This document shows positions 25,022 to 37,389 of a stretch of 64,000 bases of DNA, in pieces. The position numbers and the translations under genes were made by a program. Every line of letters begins with the position of its first letter. Within the stretch, counting starts at the first letter, position 1. This DNA is from Mobula hypostoma (lineage: Eukaryota), in NCBI RefSeq assembly GCF_963921235.1, contig NC_086097.1, positions 45,324,001 to 45,388,000 on the forward strand. Reading direction: 5' to 3'. Below the pieces are notes generated by a model, which was not told the DNA's origin, did no database searches, and saw nothing but the letters and a program-made list of their open reading frames with translations.

Positions 25022-25238
25022 CCAAGAACAACGCACCTGAGGAGCTCAGCAGTTCAAGCAGCATCTGCGGAGGCAAAGGGATAGTCAATGGTCCGTGCTG
25101 ATCTTCTGCATCAGGCCTGAGAGTGTCATGGGGAAATAGTCGACCCAAAATGTCAACCGTCTCCACAAATGCTGCTTGACTTACTGAATTCCTCAGCAGA
25201 GTGTTATTTTTGCTTCATATTCCAGCATTTGCAGCTTT
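25022..25238. mobile_element. Inverted-repeat PLE-derived element (degenerate)
   Basis: gaggagctcagcagttcaagcagcatctg / aaatgctgcttgacttactgaattcctcag arms around hammerhead remnants. Confidence 0.6.
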
Positions 25239-25542
25239 TGTAAAATTTTTCAAACTTATTCATGTTTCCATTATTCAGTTTTGTCTACTTGCAATACAAC
25301 AGTGATTGGTTTGTCTTTGAACAGGAAGGTTCGAAAAGCATAAATGTTTTATTAAATTACTGGAATCTCAGATTAATGTGTAGGTAAATGCCACTTTGCC
25401 TACCACGCCTGTGCTACCACTTATGTGTTTTCAAATGAAAAAAAAACTTCCAGTGTTTCTGCATCCTTTTTTGTTTCTCATTTTCAAAAGCTGGAATTAA
25501 TTTCCTTTCAAATGATGTTTTCCCTTCCTCAAAAGTCACTTA

Positions 25543-25690
25543 CAAACAGAAGAAATTCTGCAGATGCTGGAATCCAGAATAACACACACACAAAATACCG
25601 GAGGAACTCAGCAGATCAGGCAGCATCCATGGAGAGGAATAAACAGTTAACGTTTTGAGCCTAGACCCTTCATCATTTTGTGTGTGTGTA
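25543..25690 (-). mobile_element. PLE terminus with hammerhead remnant and short fold-back end
   Basis: Minus strand tgatgaagggtctaggctcaaaacgttaactg; ends ttttgtgtgtgtgt, inverted relative to acacacacacaaaa. Confidence 0.75.
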
Positions 25691-26445
25691 CTTCAATAGT
25701 CACTGGTACTTCAGGGGCTTTGAACAGATTCTCCCCTTCAGTTCCAGGCTTAGATCCTGTTTGGGAACAAATTCAGCTAAGAAGAATTTCACATTGTAAT
25801 TACCTGCTGTATCTGATGATAGCATTTAAAGAGGTTTTGAATCATTTAAGATGAATGCGAGTTCATAACTGGACCTGTTTATGCGATCCACAGAAACATA
25901 ACATGGTCCTGTTCCAAAAGGTGTTCTCAATAAAACCATAAAGCAAGGAATAACTTGGCAGCATGAGCAGCCATGTTCTCATTACCAGATGATGGTGCAT
26001 TTGGCTTTCAGTCAAAAGGAGTCATGTCACACTATGATTTTGTTCTCTCTCCTTACGTCCCAAACTTTTTGCAGTTCTTTGCCTCTCTTCTGGACTCGCC
26101 AGGTATTAAATTTAGGACTTCACCCATGTTTAGGACCACATTGACACACAACAAATTTACTGATTTAGCTAGCGGAAAATAGTGGAGAGCTTCCTCTATC
26201 TACAACTTCACACAGTTCCCTTCAGTAGTACATCTGACGGTTTCGCTGAATTTGATACATGCCATCTGAAGGAATACATTAACTGTTGGAAGTTGACACT
26301 GAAATGTGTTTGTAGGTGACAGTATTTAGTACCAAAGACACATATTCATGTTTAGATTTAGCCAACACTCTCCAAATGCTACCCTGGTTAACTATTTTAT
26401 AACAGTAAAAAGTTACAAATTATTTTATGTTCTTTTAAATATCTA

Positions 26446-26818
26446 GGTGGCAGGGTGGAGATATGTCTCTACCAAAGGAGGCGTAAGGTGCACCTTCCCT
26501 CCATTAGCCTGCAAGGTCACCCTTGGACAAGGTGTAGCACCTGCTTAGCCTCCTGATCAGGGTCACATGAAGACATGGGAGCAGGTGGTGGATGGTCGTA
26601 TGAGCAGCTGGTGCAGACCACAAGTCCTGGTTAAGTGACCATTGATGCCAGGCGGACAATCTCTGAAGAGTATTGATAATGGTTGCTCATCTCATAAAGA
26701 AACTGCTCATCAGAAGGCAATGGCAAACCACTTCTATAGAAAGATTTGCCAAGAACAATCATGATCATGGAAAGACCGTGGTCGCCCGTGTCATACAAGA
26801 CTCATAATGACAAATGAC
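26446..26818 (+). mobile_element. Non-autonomous retroelement/SINE with RTE-BovB-type 3' tail
   Basis: gaaggcaatggcaaaccacttctatagaaagatttgccaagaacaatc resembles RTE-BovB/Bov-A tails; second copy reversed at 28471-28795. Confidence 0.7.
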
Positions 26819-27460
26819 GGCAAGGGATTCTGAACTGCTGCAAGGTGAGGAGAGTGGGAAGGACATGCAGGATTCCTGCTCCTTGACTACTGTCCAATCA
26901 CAATGGTCTTGTGTTCTACAATTTATATCACTTGCAATAACTCCTCTGGCTAAATGAGCCACCAGCCCTCATTATTCAGGTCACAAGCGAAGAATGATCA
27001 TGGATCAGACTGTGTGCTGAGAGATCAATAGCATAGTTTGGCAAAATAAGTTTTAGGAGAGGTAGCTAAGCAAAAACAATCTTCTTGCCATCTCAGTGGT
27101 GACTATCTGCAAATTGTACTGACCTGCGGCTGAAGAATTATAACACAATTTTAGAGATGCACACAGAAAAGTGCAACTATTGCTTTCAGATACTTGGAAT
27201 TATCAAAGTCCACTAAAGCAATCATTCAACCTAAAAAGGCAAATTTCACATTGTACTCTATCTTCACCCATTAACTTTGCAAGTGTTGGATCTTTTCCCA
27301 ACCAATCCTAAAGTAATCCCAATGCCTGTGTGTTTACGCTAAAGTTACATTTTTTTTCCTCTTTCAAATGCTCATTTTACTTTGATATCTGCCTCAGCTA
27401 TTGCATGGTCTCACATCATTCCATGTAAATAAATTTGGCTCACATGTTATCAGTGACTAA

Positions 27461-27552
27461 TACACACAGAATGCTGGAGTAATTCAGCAGGTCAGGCAGC
27501 ACCTATGGAAATGAATAAGCATTTGGCATTTTGGGCTGAGACCCTTCATCAG
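27461..27552 (-). mobile_element. PLE terminus fragment with hammerhead remnant
   Basis: Minus strand ctgatga-agggtctcagccc-aaaatgcc (G12>A). Confidence 0.7.
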
Positions 27553-28470
27553 TCCCATGCCTAATTACTCCATTGTAAAAGGACTTGGCCTATGTGAGGC
27601 TACCCCCTTGTACTCTAGTGACAGTTCTTGTTGCAAGCTGAATTAAGCCTAGATATTTCTCATTACCAGAGTATCCTGCTAATAGCACTTCCAGCAACCA
27701 GACACTCACACTGTGATCTCCTTCCAAATTCCAGATTTGGGTTGGTTATGGATTGCAGGGAGACTCCCAGTGCCACATACAACCTCCACTGCCAGCCATA
27801 ACGTTTATAACTGAAGTAGTTTGTTTGATGCTGTAGCTCAAGTGGCTTGCCGAGCAACCACCTGTCAGTAAAGAGGAGGCATGTTTCTACAGCCAATTTT
27901 CAGGGCCTTCCTACTCACCATCTTTCACATTACTGTGGAATTGCTGAATGCAAGACAGCCAGATGCATTCCTAGCTCAATATAAGTGTCTCTTTGTGCTT
28001 CTCACATTCCGTCTCCTGAATTCTTTTCCTCCATGAGATCAACAAGCCAAGTTCACTTTAATCAGGGTTTAGTGGTAGCAAAGAATTTCAAATGTGTACA
28101 TGGCTTCGATGGTGTACTATGCTGCCGAGGTTTATATTCCCTGGCTCACAGCGCCAATGTGACTGATACTCCTCTGTACCACAGTACAACAGGTTCCTTA
28201 ACTCGGGTATGAAAGAGCTTTTGTTTCACTTCTATCTAGATGAGTCAACCATTTTTAAATGAGCTGGCTCAGAGATGATCTTGAACTCCACAGACCAAAA
28301 TTTGGATACTTAATTTCCACAATATAGAGAGAGAGAGGAACAAGGTTCAAAAAAAAGAAACATAATTGGCCAATTGAGGGTATTTGTTCCACTTTTTAGA
28401 TTGTATTGCTCCATCCATCCAGCAAGCTCATGATGTTCACATGCAATTAGCCAATTTATATGTTGTGGGT

Positions 28471-28795
28471 CATCATCATTATGTGCTGTGTTGCATGACG
28501 TCGGTGATCATAGTCTCATGACCATGATTGTTCTTCGCAAGTTTTACTACAGAAGTGGTTTGCCATTGTCATCTTCTGGGTAGTGTCTTTACAAGATGGG
28601 TAACCCCAGCCATTATCAATTCTCTTCAGAGGTTGTCTGCCTGGCATCAGACATGCCATATGCACTTTCTGCTCATAGGATCATCTACCACCCTCTCCCA
28701 TGGCTTCATGTGCCCAAGAATGACCTGCAGGCTGGTGGAGGGAAAGAGCACCTTACACCTCCTTTGGCAGAGATGTTATCTTCACCCCGCCACCC
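28471..28795 (-). mobile_element. Second copy of the RTE-tailed SINE family
   Basis: Reverse complement aligns to 26446-26818 (ggtggcggggtg..aaaggaggtgtaaggtgc..gcctgcaggtca; (ATG)n tail). Confidence 0.72.
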
Positions 28796-28989
28796 AGTGG
28801 TGGGGTACTGGTTAGAATACTGGACAAGCAAGCCAGTGGCAGAGACTAATAATCCAGAAACTTGAATTCAAATCCCAACTTGATAGCAAGGGAAGTTATA
28901 CAGTTAATCTGGCATTATGTAGGTGATATGTAGTCTTGGGAGTGATGGACCTGTTGCGTCTCCCTGATGACAATTTGGTAAATAAGTGA

Positions 28990-29870
28990 CTGCTAGAATG
29001 GTGGAGTCAGCAGTACTTTTTCAGCTCTTTTCTTGCTCTGACAATGTACAGCTCTTTTAATGCCAGTAGCTGACAGCCAATTGATCTTCTCCACTGAGGG
29101 GACCACTCGCTGTAGCCTGGACCAGGAGAGGGAGGAGGCAACGGAAAAGGTGATCATAACACTCTCAATGATGGATGAATACAAATTTATCAGGATACGC
29201 CCTGAGATGTCAAATTTCCTCAGCTGGCGTAGGAGAAACAATCTCTGCTGGGCTCTCCTAGTGATGAGCATAACGTGCTTGCCCCACTTCAATGTATTGG
29301 TACTGGTAGTCTCCAGGCATTTGAATGACTTGACAACAGACACAGCCTGGCCATGACTTTCCAAGGTAGGGGGTTGTTGGCAGAAGTCGTTCCTCATTTC
29401 CACTGCCTGGATAGCACTAAGCTCCAAGCTGTTACGGGCACACCATGCTGCAAGACAGCCTCGCTCCCTTCGATAACAGGTCACATCATTATCAAGGACG
29501 AGACCAACTACAATCGTGTCATCTGCGAACTTTAGAATTTTAATGGATTTGTCTGTGAAGGAGACATTCGTATAAAGTGAGAACAGGAAGGTGAAAGAAC
29601 ACATCCCTGGGGAGAGACTGTGCTCTAAAAGCAAATCTTAGTGGGTCAAGAAGAGGATCAATAATGGGACAACATCAGACCTTCAATGGTTTTCATAACT
29701 ACTGAAGTCAGAACAACTGGCCTATAATTAAGTCCAGTGATCTTGTCTTTCTTAGGAACAGGATTAATTGTAGCAACTTTAAAGCAGTCCAGAACTCTGC
29801 ATAATTGCAGGGAGGTGCTAAGTATCTCAGCAAATTCAGATGCTAGCTGATCTGCACAGTACCTTAGAGT
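28990..29870 (-). mobile_element. Rex1/Babar-type LINE RT remnant
   Basis: CADQLA..CFKVATINPVPKK..YRPVVLTSVVMKT; LFSLYTN..LKFADDTIVVGL; AQQRLFLLRQLRKF..YSSIIESV. Confidence 0.85.
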
Positions 29871-30762
29871 ACAAGGTATCATCAGCATCTGCAGCTTTTC
29901 TAATGTTCTGCTTTCAAGTAGTTTGTGAACATTTATATATGGAATCTTTACAATGTGAATGCGCCTGCATGAAGATTGCTGACCACTATTTTCTCAGGAC
30001 AATGAAGCGTGGGTGTTCAAACCCCATATATTGGGGAAAAAAAATTTTAAAACTCTGGATGAGCTGTTGTGGGATTGAACCCTGCACTTTTCTGGCTTCT
30101 ACAGTACCTAACAGCCAGAAAGGGAGCTCTTTAAACTCTGTAAATTTTGAGTATATTTCTGAAGCAACGTATAATGGCCACTTTGCAATTAAGTAGTCAA
30201 AACTAATTTAAAGTAGGGAGTGAGACTTACACTCTCGGAGATTCTGGTTAATTTGATTTTTAAAGTGCCTTTTTAATAAAAGATGAGAAAAATTCAGTTC
30301 TCAGAATTCAACCCATGACATATTTTAATAAAACGACATTAAATATACATTTATAAAGAACAACAATTGGACATGCTAAACAAATTGCCTTAAGAGAATT
30401 GGCTTTAATAATTATTAAAACAGCAGGACTGCAATTCTCTAAAAATGGCACTGTAACTATTTTCATGCATTTATATGAACCACATATACCTCCCTCCTGA
30501 CCGCTGCTGTCTTTATTTTAATTCTATGACCCTTTGGATATTTGTAGATTCTGTAAAACTGCAGACTCATCAACTCAAGCATGGTTCTGGATGATTCGTT
30601 CAGCTGCTTATTTAAAATTAAATCAAGTTTAGGTTAAGTTGATTAAGCCTGACGACTGGCAGCACTGAAGGATCTGCCGCAGAGTGTCCAGCTTTTAAAT
30701 CTGTACCACAGAGCACAGGCTGAGAGCTGAGGACAGAGCAGTAAACTGAAACTGGCACTTAC

Positions 30763-30897
30763 CCAGAGTTAATCCCTCACAGTCAGACATCACGTACAAA
30801 GGGGCTTTTCTACTTCTTCCCTTCTTTCCCACTGTTTTGTCTTTATCCCTGAACCACCGCAATAACCTAAAGTTTAAGTCTTCTACTGGAGAGCACA
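30763..30897 (-). other. Candidate exon of an unidentified minus-strand gene
   Basis: Consensus donor CTGG|GTAAGT, weak acceptor ttactgttcacag|, 135 nt open in phase 1-1; no recognisable homology. Confidence 0.2.
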
Positions 30898-31475
30898 CTG
30901 TGAACAGTAATCAGCCCCAGATGCAACTTGACAGCAGACCCCACTCCTGCTAATGGAAACAAACAGTCCACAGCTCATTATGGAATCAAAGAATGCAATT
31001 CTGTGCCAGAACTCTCTCTTCCCATTGGTGGGTATAATTACTTCTCTCCGCCCATTCCCAGCATATTCCCACCCAAGGTCAACGGGTCATATTGGATATA
31101 TTTAATTGCCATTGAAATATTAATAAGGCAAGAAACGAAGTGCACAATGTGAGGTTGGGATGAAGAAGGCCAGACTGATTCAAAGGAGAGCTGGGCTGCT
31201 CCGTCAGCTGATGTCGGAGACGGTGCTGCATTTTCTGCATATATAACCGCAGGGAACAAGCATCCTGCAAGCTGAACACATTAAGCAAGGAGACTATCGC
31301 TTAAAGTGACGTTGAAACTGTCAGCCAGGACATAGGCTCAGCTGTGGTTTATTAATTGACTGGTACCTGTACTTCAACACAAATAATAAAATCTGTATCA
31401 GCTTGCTCATCACATAAACATCAGATAAAGGGTTTGCTTCCTTCCACTGAGGCGGAAAAGACGGCCTTCCTTATA

Positions 31476-31978
31476 CACTCGGTGGCCACTTTAGTAGGTA
31501 CACCTGTCCGTCTGCACATTAAAAGCAGCCAATCAGGTGGCAGAACTCAGTGCATAAGAGCATGCAGACAAGGTTAAGAGGTTCATTTGGTGTTCTAAGC
31601 AAACATCAGAATGGGGGAAAATGTGATCTTAATGACTGAGCATGGAATGATGCCAGATGGGGATGTTTGGTTATCTCAGAAGTTGCTGATCTCCTGGAAT
31701 TTGCACACACAACAGTCTCTAGAGTTTATAGTGTTTGATGGAGAAAACAAAAAAAAAATCCAGTGAGTGGCTATTCCTTGGGCGAAAACACATTGTTAAT
31801 GAGAGAGGTCAGGGGAGAATGCTGGCAGAAAACTGGCAGAAAAGCGACAGTAACTCAGATTATCACGTGTTACAACAGTGGTGGGCAGAAGAGCATCTCT
31901 GAATGTACAACATGTTGAACCTTGAAGTGGATGGGCTACAAACATACAGGAGGTTCCTAATAAAGTGACCACTGAGTG
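31476..31978 (+). mobile_element. Internally deleted Tc1-like transposon
   Basis: TIRs CACTCGGTGGCCACTTTAGTAGG / CCTAATAAAGTGACCACTGAGTG, TA TSDs; decayed transposase N-terminus (..ISEVADLLEFAHTTVSRVY). Confidence 0.88.
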
Positions 31979-32583
31979 TAGTCCTGTGTAACTTGTCCTA
32001 AATCGAGACTTGATCACAGAGACCAGTTTTCATTGACAGCATTATAGATGGAAGGCCTGCCACATATTGATCTTGGTCACCTAGTGGACCCAAAAGCCCA
32101 GATTCCTGACCAAGCACTCATAACAGTATGGTGAGAGTGGGTGGAGTGAGACGACCAGTGGATAGGAAGTTGGGGTGGGGGGCCAGTAGAGTTGTAGCTT
32201 TGGAGATGGCAGGGAGTTCTGAAACTTTAATGGGAAGCCAGGAACACAGGAGGAAGCAATGGGTCTTGGCAAGGAAGGTAGGAAGATTTTGAGAAGAATG
32301 ATCTCATGCCTTCTGATCCTACAAAATTACTGAAATGGAAGGAATTTTTTGTGATCTTACTGCAGCTCCCTTGAATGACTGCACATGAGTATAGGTGTGT
32401 AGAACACACAAAATCCACATTCCATGCATTACTGACTGAAAATTGCACCTGCCTCCCACCAGCACATATGATCCAGATTTGGTTCAGGTAATTGTTTGTA
32501 GAATTTCAAGGAGGCACACAAGGCTGGATGGTTCAGAGGGATAATGGAAACAGAACATGATTTAGATGGTATCACCATAACAC

Positions 32584-32997
32584 CATGGCTCTGGCCCTGT
32601 ACTCACTGGAATTCAGAAGAATGAGGGGTGACCTAATTGAAACCTATCAAATGGTGAAAGGAGTTGATAGAGTGGATGTGGAGAGGATGTTTCCTATGGT
32701 GGGAGAGTCTAAGACCAGAGGGCACGGCCTCAGAATAGAGGGGTGTCCTTTTAGGACAGAGATGAGGAGGAATTTTTTTAGCCAGAGAGTGGTGAATCTG
32801 TGGAATTCTTTGTCTCAGGCAGCTGTGGAGGCCAAGTCTTATGTATATTTAAGGCAGAGGTTAATAGATTTTTGACTGGTCATGGCATGAAGGGAAGGGA
32901 GGAGACTGGGGCTGAGAGGAGAAATAGATCAGCCATGATGAATTGGCAGAACAGACTCGATGGGCCAAAGGGCCACATTCTGCTCCTATATCTTACG
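32584..32997 (+). mobile_element. CR1 3' fragment
   Basis: MALALYSLEFRRMRGDLIETY..RRNFFSQRVVNLWNSL plus CR1 tail. Confidence 0.9.
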
Positions 32998-33000
32998 GAC

Positions 33001-33200
33001 ATAGGAGAACAATTAGACCATTCATCCCATCGAGTTTGCTCCTATATCTTATGAAACAGGAGCACAGTTAGACCATTCATCCCATCGAGTTTTCTCCTAT
33101 AATGAAATAGGAGCACAATTAGACCATTCGTCCCATCGAGTTTGCTCTGCTGTTTAATCATGGCTGATTTATTTTTCCTCTTAATCCCATTCTCCTGCCT
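33001..33200 (-). repeat. Three ~52-bp tandem units derived from an inverted CR1 tail
   Basis: ataggagcacaattagaccattcatcccatcgagtttgctc repeated three times, then continues as reverse CR1 3' UTR. Confidence 0.8.
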
Positions 33201-34405
33201 GTGATCATAATTATATTAATTATAATCCCATAATCCTACTTATGATGATAAATATTTCTATTTTATAAAGATAAAAGAATATGCTCATAGAGCAATACAT
33301 TCAGTAGTAACAATACAGGAAGCAAACTACTTCAGATTCAGTTTGTTTCAACTGTAATTACTACCCTAAATAACTAAGTGATATGGAGCATCATTGTCGG
33401 AAATCTAGCTACTTATAACTTAGACACTCAAATGTATTATGTAAATTTTCCAATTAATGTTCAGCCGATAGAAAGGTGTATATGTTGTAATTTCAGTGAT
33501 TGCTGTTTGGCCCAACTGCGTGTCTAAATTGAAATGAATATGCTAAGTGGATACAATTAGCTGGTTGAACACTCCAATCATAGGAATGAAGTCTGAACAG
33601 AAATTTTCCATGTGACGATCACCTGCTAAAATGAGTATTAGCTACTTCCGCATTCTGCCTGAATTTCAGCAGGGTCTAATCTCTCCTGTGCTATCTTCAA
33701 CCAAAATTTAATTCTCAGTCTCACTGTAATATACTTTAATAGTGTAATTAATACTTGAGATTATTACATTGGTTTAGATCATGTTCCACTGATTTGGTAT
33801 CTTTGATCTTACGTAGATGAAATGTAGTTTCGTAATGGTCAACATACTGCCTCCAGTGAAGGCATTCAATTACATGAAACCCAGTTGGCATCAGCTGTAT
33901 AACATTCTGATTTGTAAATATAGCCAGTCCTTTTTCATCCAACTTCATCAGGTCCAAGTCCCGGGATGTCCTACCCAGAAGCACTGTGAAAGAACCACCA
34001 CAGGAAGGGCCACAGTGCTTCCAGAGGGTTCTCAAGAGTAAGTAATGATGAAAAATAATTTCTATATGTACTTGGCAGCAATGACCAGATTGTGGAAAAT
34101 GAACTTTAATAAAGAGCTGGCATGAAAAAGTAAGAATGACTGAAATAGTAGAGCCTAACTCATTTGGTTCCTACATTCCAGCACTGAATAAATGTTTATT
34201 AATGAGAATCTAATAAAGTATTAAAATTACTCTTAACATCCTTGGTGCACTTTGGCTGATAACATGATTATTTTGGGAAATCCCTGTATCTGTCTGCCAT
34301 AATTTTCTTCCATTCTGGATCAGTATCTTAAATGCTCTCTGAGTCTAATTCTGTATAACAGTCATCTGATAACCTGGTGCCTTTACTTAAATATGACTTC
34401 TTTTA

Positions 34406-34775
34406 TAAGAACATAAGAACATAAGAAATAGGAGCAGGAGTAGGCCATGCGGCCTAGCGAGCCTGCCCCGCCATTCAATAAGATCATGGCTGACCTATCT
34501 GTAAACTCAGCTCCACCTACCTGCCTTTTCCCCATAAACCTCAATTCCTCTACTATGTAAAAATCTATCCAACTATATCTTAAATATATTTAGTGAAGAA
34601 GCCTCAACTGCTTCCCTGGGCAGAGAATTCCACAGATTCACCACTCTCTGAGAAAGTTTCTCCTCATCTCCGACCTAAATCTTCTCCCCTGAATCTTGAG
34701 GCAATGCCCCCTAGTTCTAGTCTCACCTACCAATGGAAACTACCTTCCTACTTCTATCTTAACTATCCCTTTCAA
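34406..34775 (-). mobile_element. CR1 3' end fragment
   Basis: (ATAAGAAC)n tail, ataggagcaggagtaggcc, gaattccacagattcaccactctctg. Confidence 0.85.
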
Positions 34776-35100
34776 TCCCATTATTTCAAGATTTTTCTGG
34801 TAATCAGTAATTTGTAATAGTTTAAACTAACAATCATATAGAATTTCATAACTGCTTGCAAGCAATCTTTTTTAAAGATTAAACATCTTTAGAAAAGATT
34901 GGCTTTATTTGTCACATGTACAAAATATAGTGAAATGCATCCTTCGCTTCAAATTAAGTCAGCAATGATTGTGCTGGGGGCAGCTCACAAGTGAGGAAGG
35001 CCTCAAAATCCTCGGCTTTGCCTGCTGTTGGTGACCAAGATTGAGGTCGAATCGTTCGGACAGAGATGGCGCTCAGTACTCGGTGTCAGAGAGCTGATCA

Positions 35101-35761
35101 CATTTCTGGACTTTGGACAAAAATCAGAAATCAGCTATAAAATAATCAATTCTCAAATATTTATTATGAACATGTGAATAAAAAGAATAATCTCTGTCGT
35201 TAGGATGTAAATTTCTCCAGATATCTATCAAACCATAATCAGTTAAAAAGGAATTAATAAGGTTGCTGAACGACTCGGAAACTGCTGATTGTTTGAACTT
35301 TTGTCAATCAAAGGACTTAAGCAACAATTGAAGTCACCTCCCATCAGCAACATATATTCTTTTATGTCTGGTAATAAACCAAATACATTTTTTAAAAAAG
35401 AAGGATCATCTACATTAGGTCCATATAGATTAACCAGGACAATTTTTCTATTACAAATCGTTCCTTTAATAATTAACAATCTACCATTATTATCTGAAAC
35501 AATGTCTTCTTGAATAAATAAAATATTAGATTTAATAAAAATATATACTCCCTTTGTTTTATTTTGACAAGTAGCATGATATTGAAAGCCCTTCCATGTT
35601 TTAAAAAATCTATTTTGATCACCCGTTCTGATATGCGTTTCTTGAGCAAAAATTATATTGGGCTGGAATCGATTAATAACTTTAAATGTCTTCCTTCGCT
35701 TAATAGGGTGATTCCAGCCACGTACATTCCAACTAATAACGTTTACCTGTTTAAATACCAT
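35101..35761 (-). pseudogene. L1 ORF2 APE endonuclease domain, frameshifted and truncated
   Basis: SWNVRG, FAQETH, NLYGPN, MGGDFN; continues out of frame towards a SRIDY-like motif. Confidence 0.88.
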
Positions 35762-36606
35762 TAGATATTATTCTGAACACAATACACGCATACCATCGCG
35801 GGCTAATCAAAGATGACAGTGATGAACATAACCAAATAGAAAATGCGCATGCTCCGGAACTCCACAATGGGAAAAAATACAAAAAGTGTGTGTGAAAAAA
35901 AAAATCCCACAATAAACCCCAAAATACAAAAATACCCCCAAACATCCCAGCAACCCCAAGGAAGAAAATCCGGCAAAAGAAAGAAAAAGCCGGAACACAT
36001 CCCCAAGAAAAGAGACATAAGAACGGGGTTCCGCGTGCCGCTCAGTTTAAATAATGATTAAAATTTTTTCTCCCAATTCCCCTTCCCCCTTACAAAGAAA
36101 ATACGTAACCTTAAGATAAAAAAAAGCCCAGCAAAGAAAAAAATGTTTATACTTAATCAATGAAAATAAGCTAAAGGAATGCAACGACCGTCCAAAGACG
36201 CCAAAACAATACTGTTAACCCAAACAGCTTAATCTCTAAAGAGAGAAAAGCAGCGCCATTATTCTTTAACTTACTACCTTATTTAACAAAAGAATTAAAG
36301 TTAATTATTTATTACTAAACACTCCAAAAAATAAGGAAAAAATCTATATAAACTGCAAGCAACCTATCACTTATTTAATAAAGAAAAAGAAAAGTAGAAA
36401 CAGATAATCAAACCAGTTCACAATCTATCTGCTGTATTAATTCTCACCGTGTACTAAACAGCCTTCAAAAAAAAAGTCATTCTTTAATCAAACGAAGAAG
36501 CCCACCTCTTCTTTAAGTAATCCATCGATCAAAAGATATCTTCAGCATACCGAGATCTTCAAAACCTGTTTTCTTTTGGAGAATTATTCAGAGACTCGAA
36601 TATCTT

Positions 36607-37389
36607 TCATACATCAGACGATTCCACAACAGAATTGACAAAATCCAATGCCGCTTGGGGATCCAAGAAGACACGAGGAGTAGAGTCTTTAGGAAATAGC
36701 TTTAGTTTCGCTGGATATCTCAGGGATGGAAACAGAGTTTTTTCGTAAGCAATCTTCATGACCGGTATGAATTTAATCCGTTGTTGCATAACTTCCCATG
36801 GATAATCTTCGTAAGAACGGATCTCAGAACTGTTAAATTTAAAAACTTTCTGTTTTCTTGCACATTTTATAATTTGGTCTTTAACTTTAAAGCGAAGAAA
36901 GTTGACTAAAATTGGTCGAGCTTTACCTGACGCAGTGAAAATTCTGTGAGCTCTTTCAATATCGGGAGGCTGAGATAGAATATCCGGAAACAGAGATTGA
37001 AACAGATTGGCAAAATAATCCAATAGATCTCCAGATTCTGAGCCTTCCAGAAGACCTAAAATACGAATGTTGTTCCTTCGAGACTTTGCCTCTAAATCGA
37101 CAATTTTGCGTTGAGCCTGTTCCAATCGGGTTGAAATATCCGCAATCTGACATTTCGATTCTTTAAGCTCAGTATTCAGGGAAAGAATATTTTCCTCAAT
37201 AGTCTGTAAACTCTGTCGGAACGACTTCAACTCAGAAGTGTTATTATCCATTTTGTTATCGAGATCCATCAACATACATTCCAAACACTCAGCCCAGACA
37301 GGCATGTCTTCTGATTTTTCTTTGGAAGTTTTTCCCTTTCCATTGCTGGGTTCAAAAGGCTGTTTTCCACTTCTTAAAGGATACGACAT
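36607..37389 (-). CDS. L1 ORF1p (coiled coil, RRM, CTD), uninterrupted 260 aa
   Basis: DLEAKSRRNNIRILGLLEG, IERAHR, RPILVNFLRFKVKDQII, IRSYEDY, SLRYPAKLK; first ATG is codon 4 of the tracked ORF. Confidence 0.85.
   Translation of the reverse strand: MSYPLRSGKQPFEPSNGKGKTSKEKSEDMPVWAECLECMLMDLDNKMDNNTSELKSFRQSLQTIEENILSLNTELKESKCQIADISTRLEQAQRKIVDLEAKSRRNNIRILGLLEGSESGDLLDYFANLFQSLFPDILSQPPDIERAHRIFTASGKARPILVNFLRFKVKDQIIKCARKQKVFKFNSSEIRSYEDYPWEVMQQRIKFIPVMKIAYEKTLFPSLRYPAKLKLFPKDSTPRVFLDPQAALDFVNSVVESSDV

Noticed and set aside
32030..32540. Possible very old PLE RT remnant on the minus strand
   Set aside because: Similarity too weak to support by eye
33001..33150. Regularly spaced repeats resembling a CRISPR array
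   Set aside because: No unique spacers, units derive from CR1 tails, eukaryotic context, no cas genes; the same applies to 40820-41110
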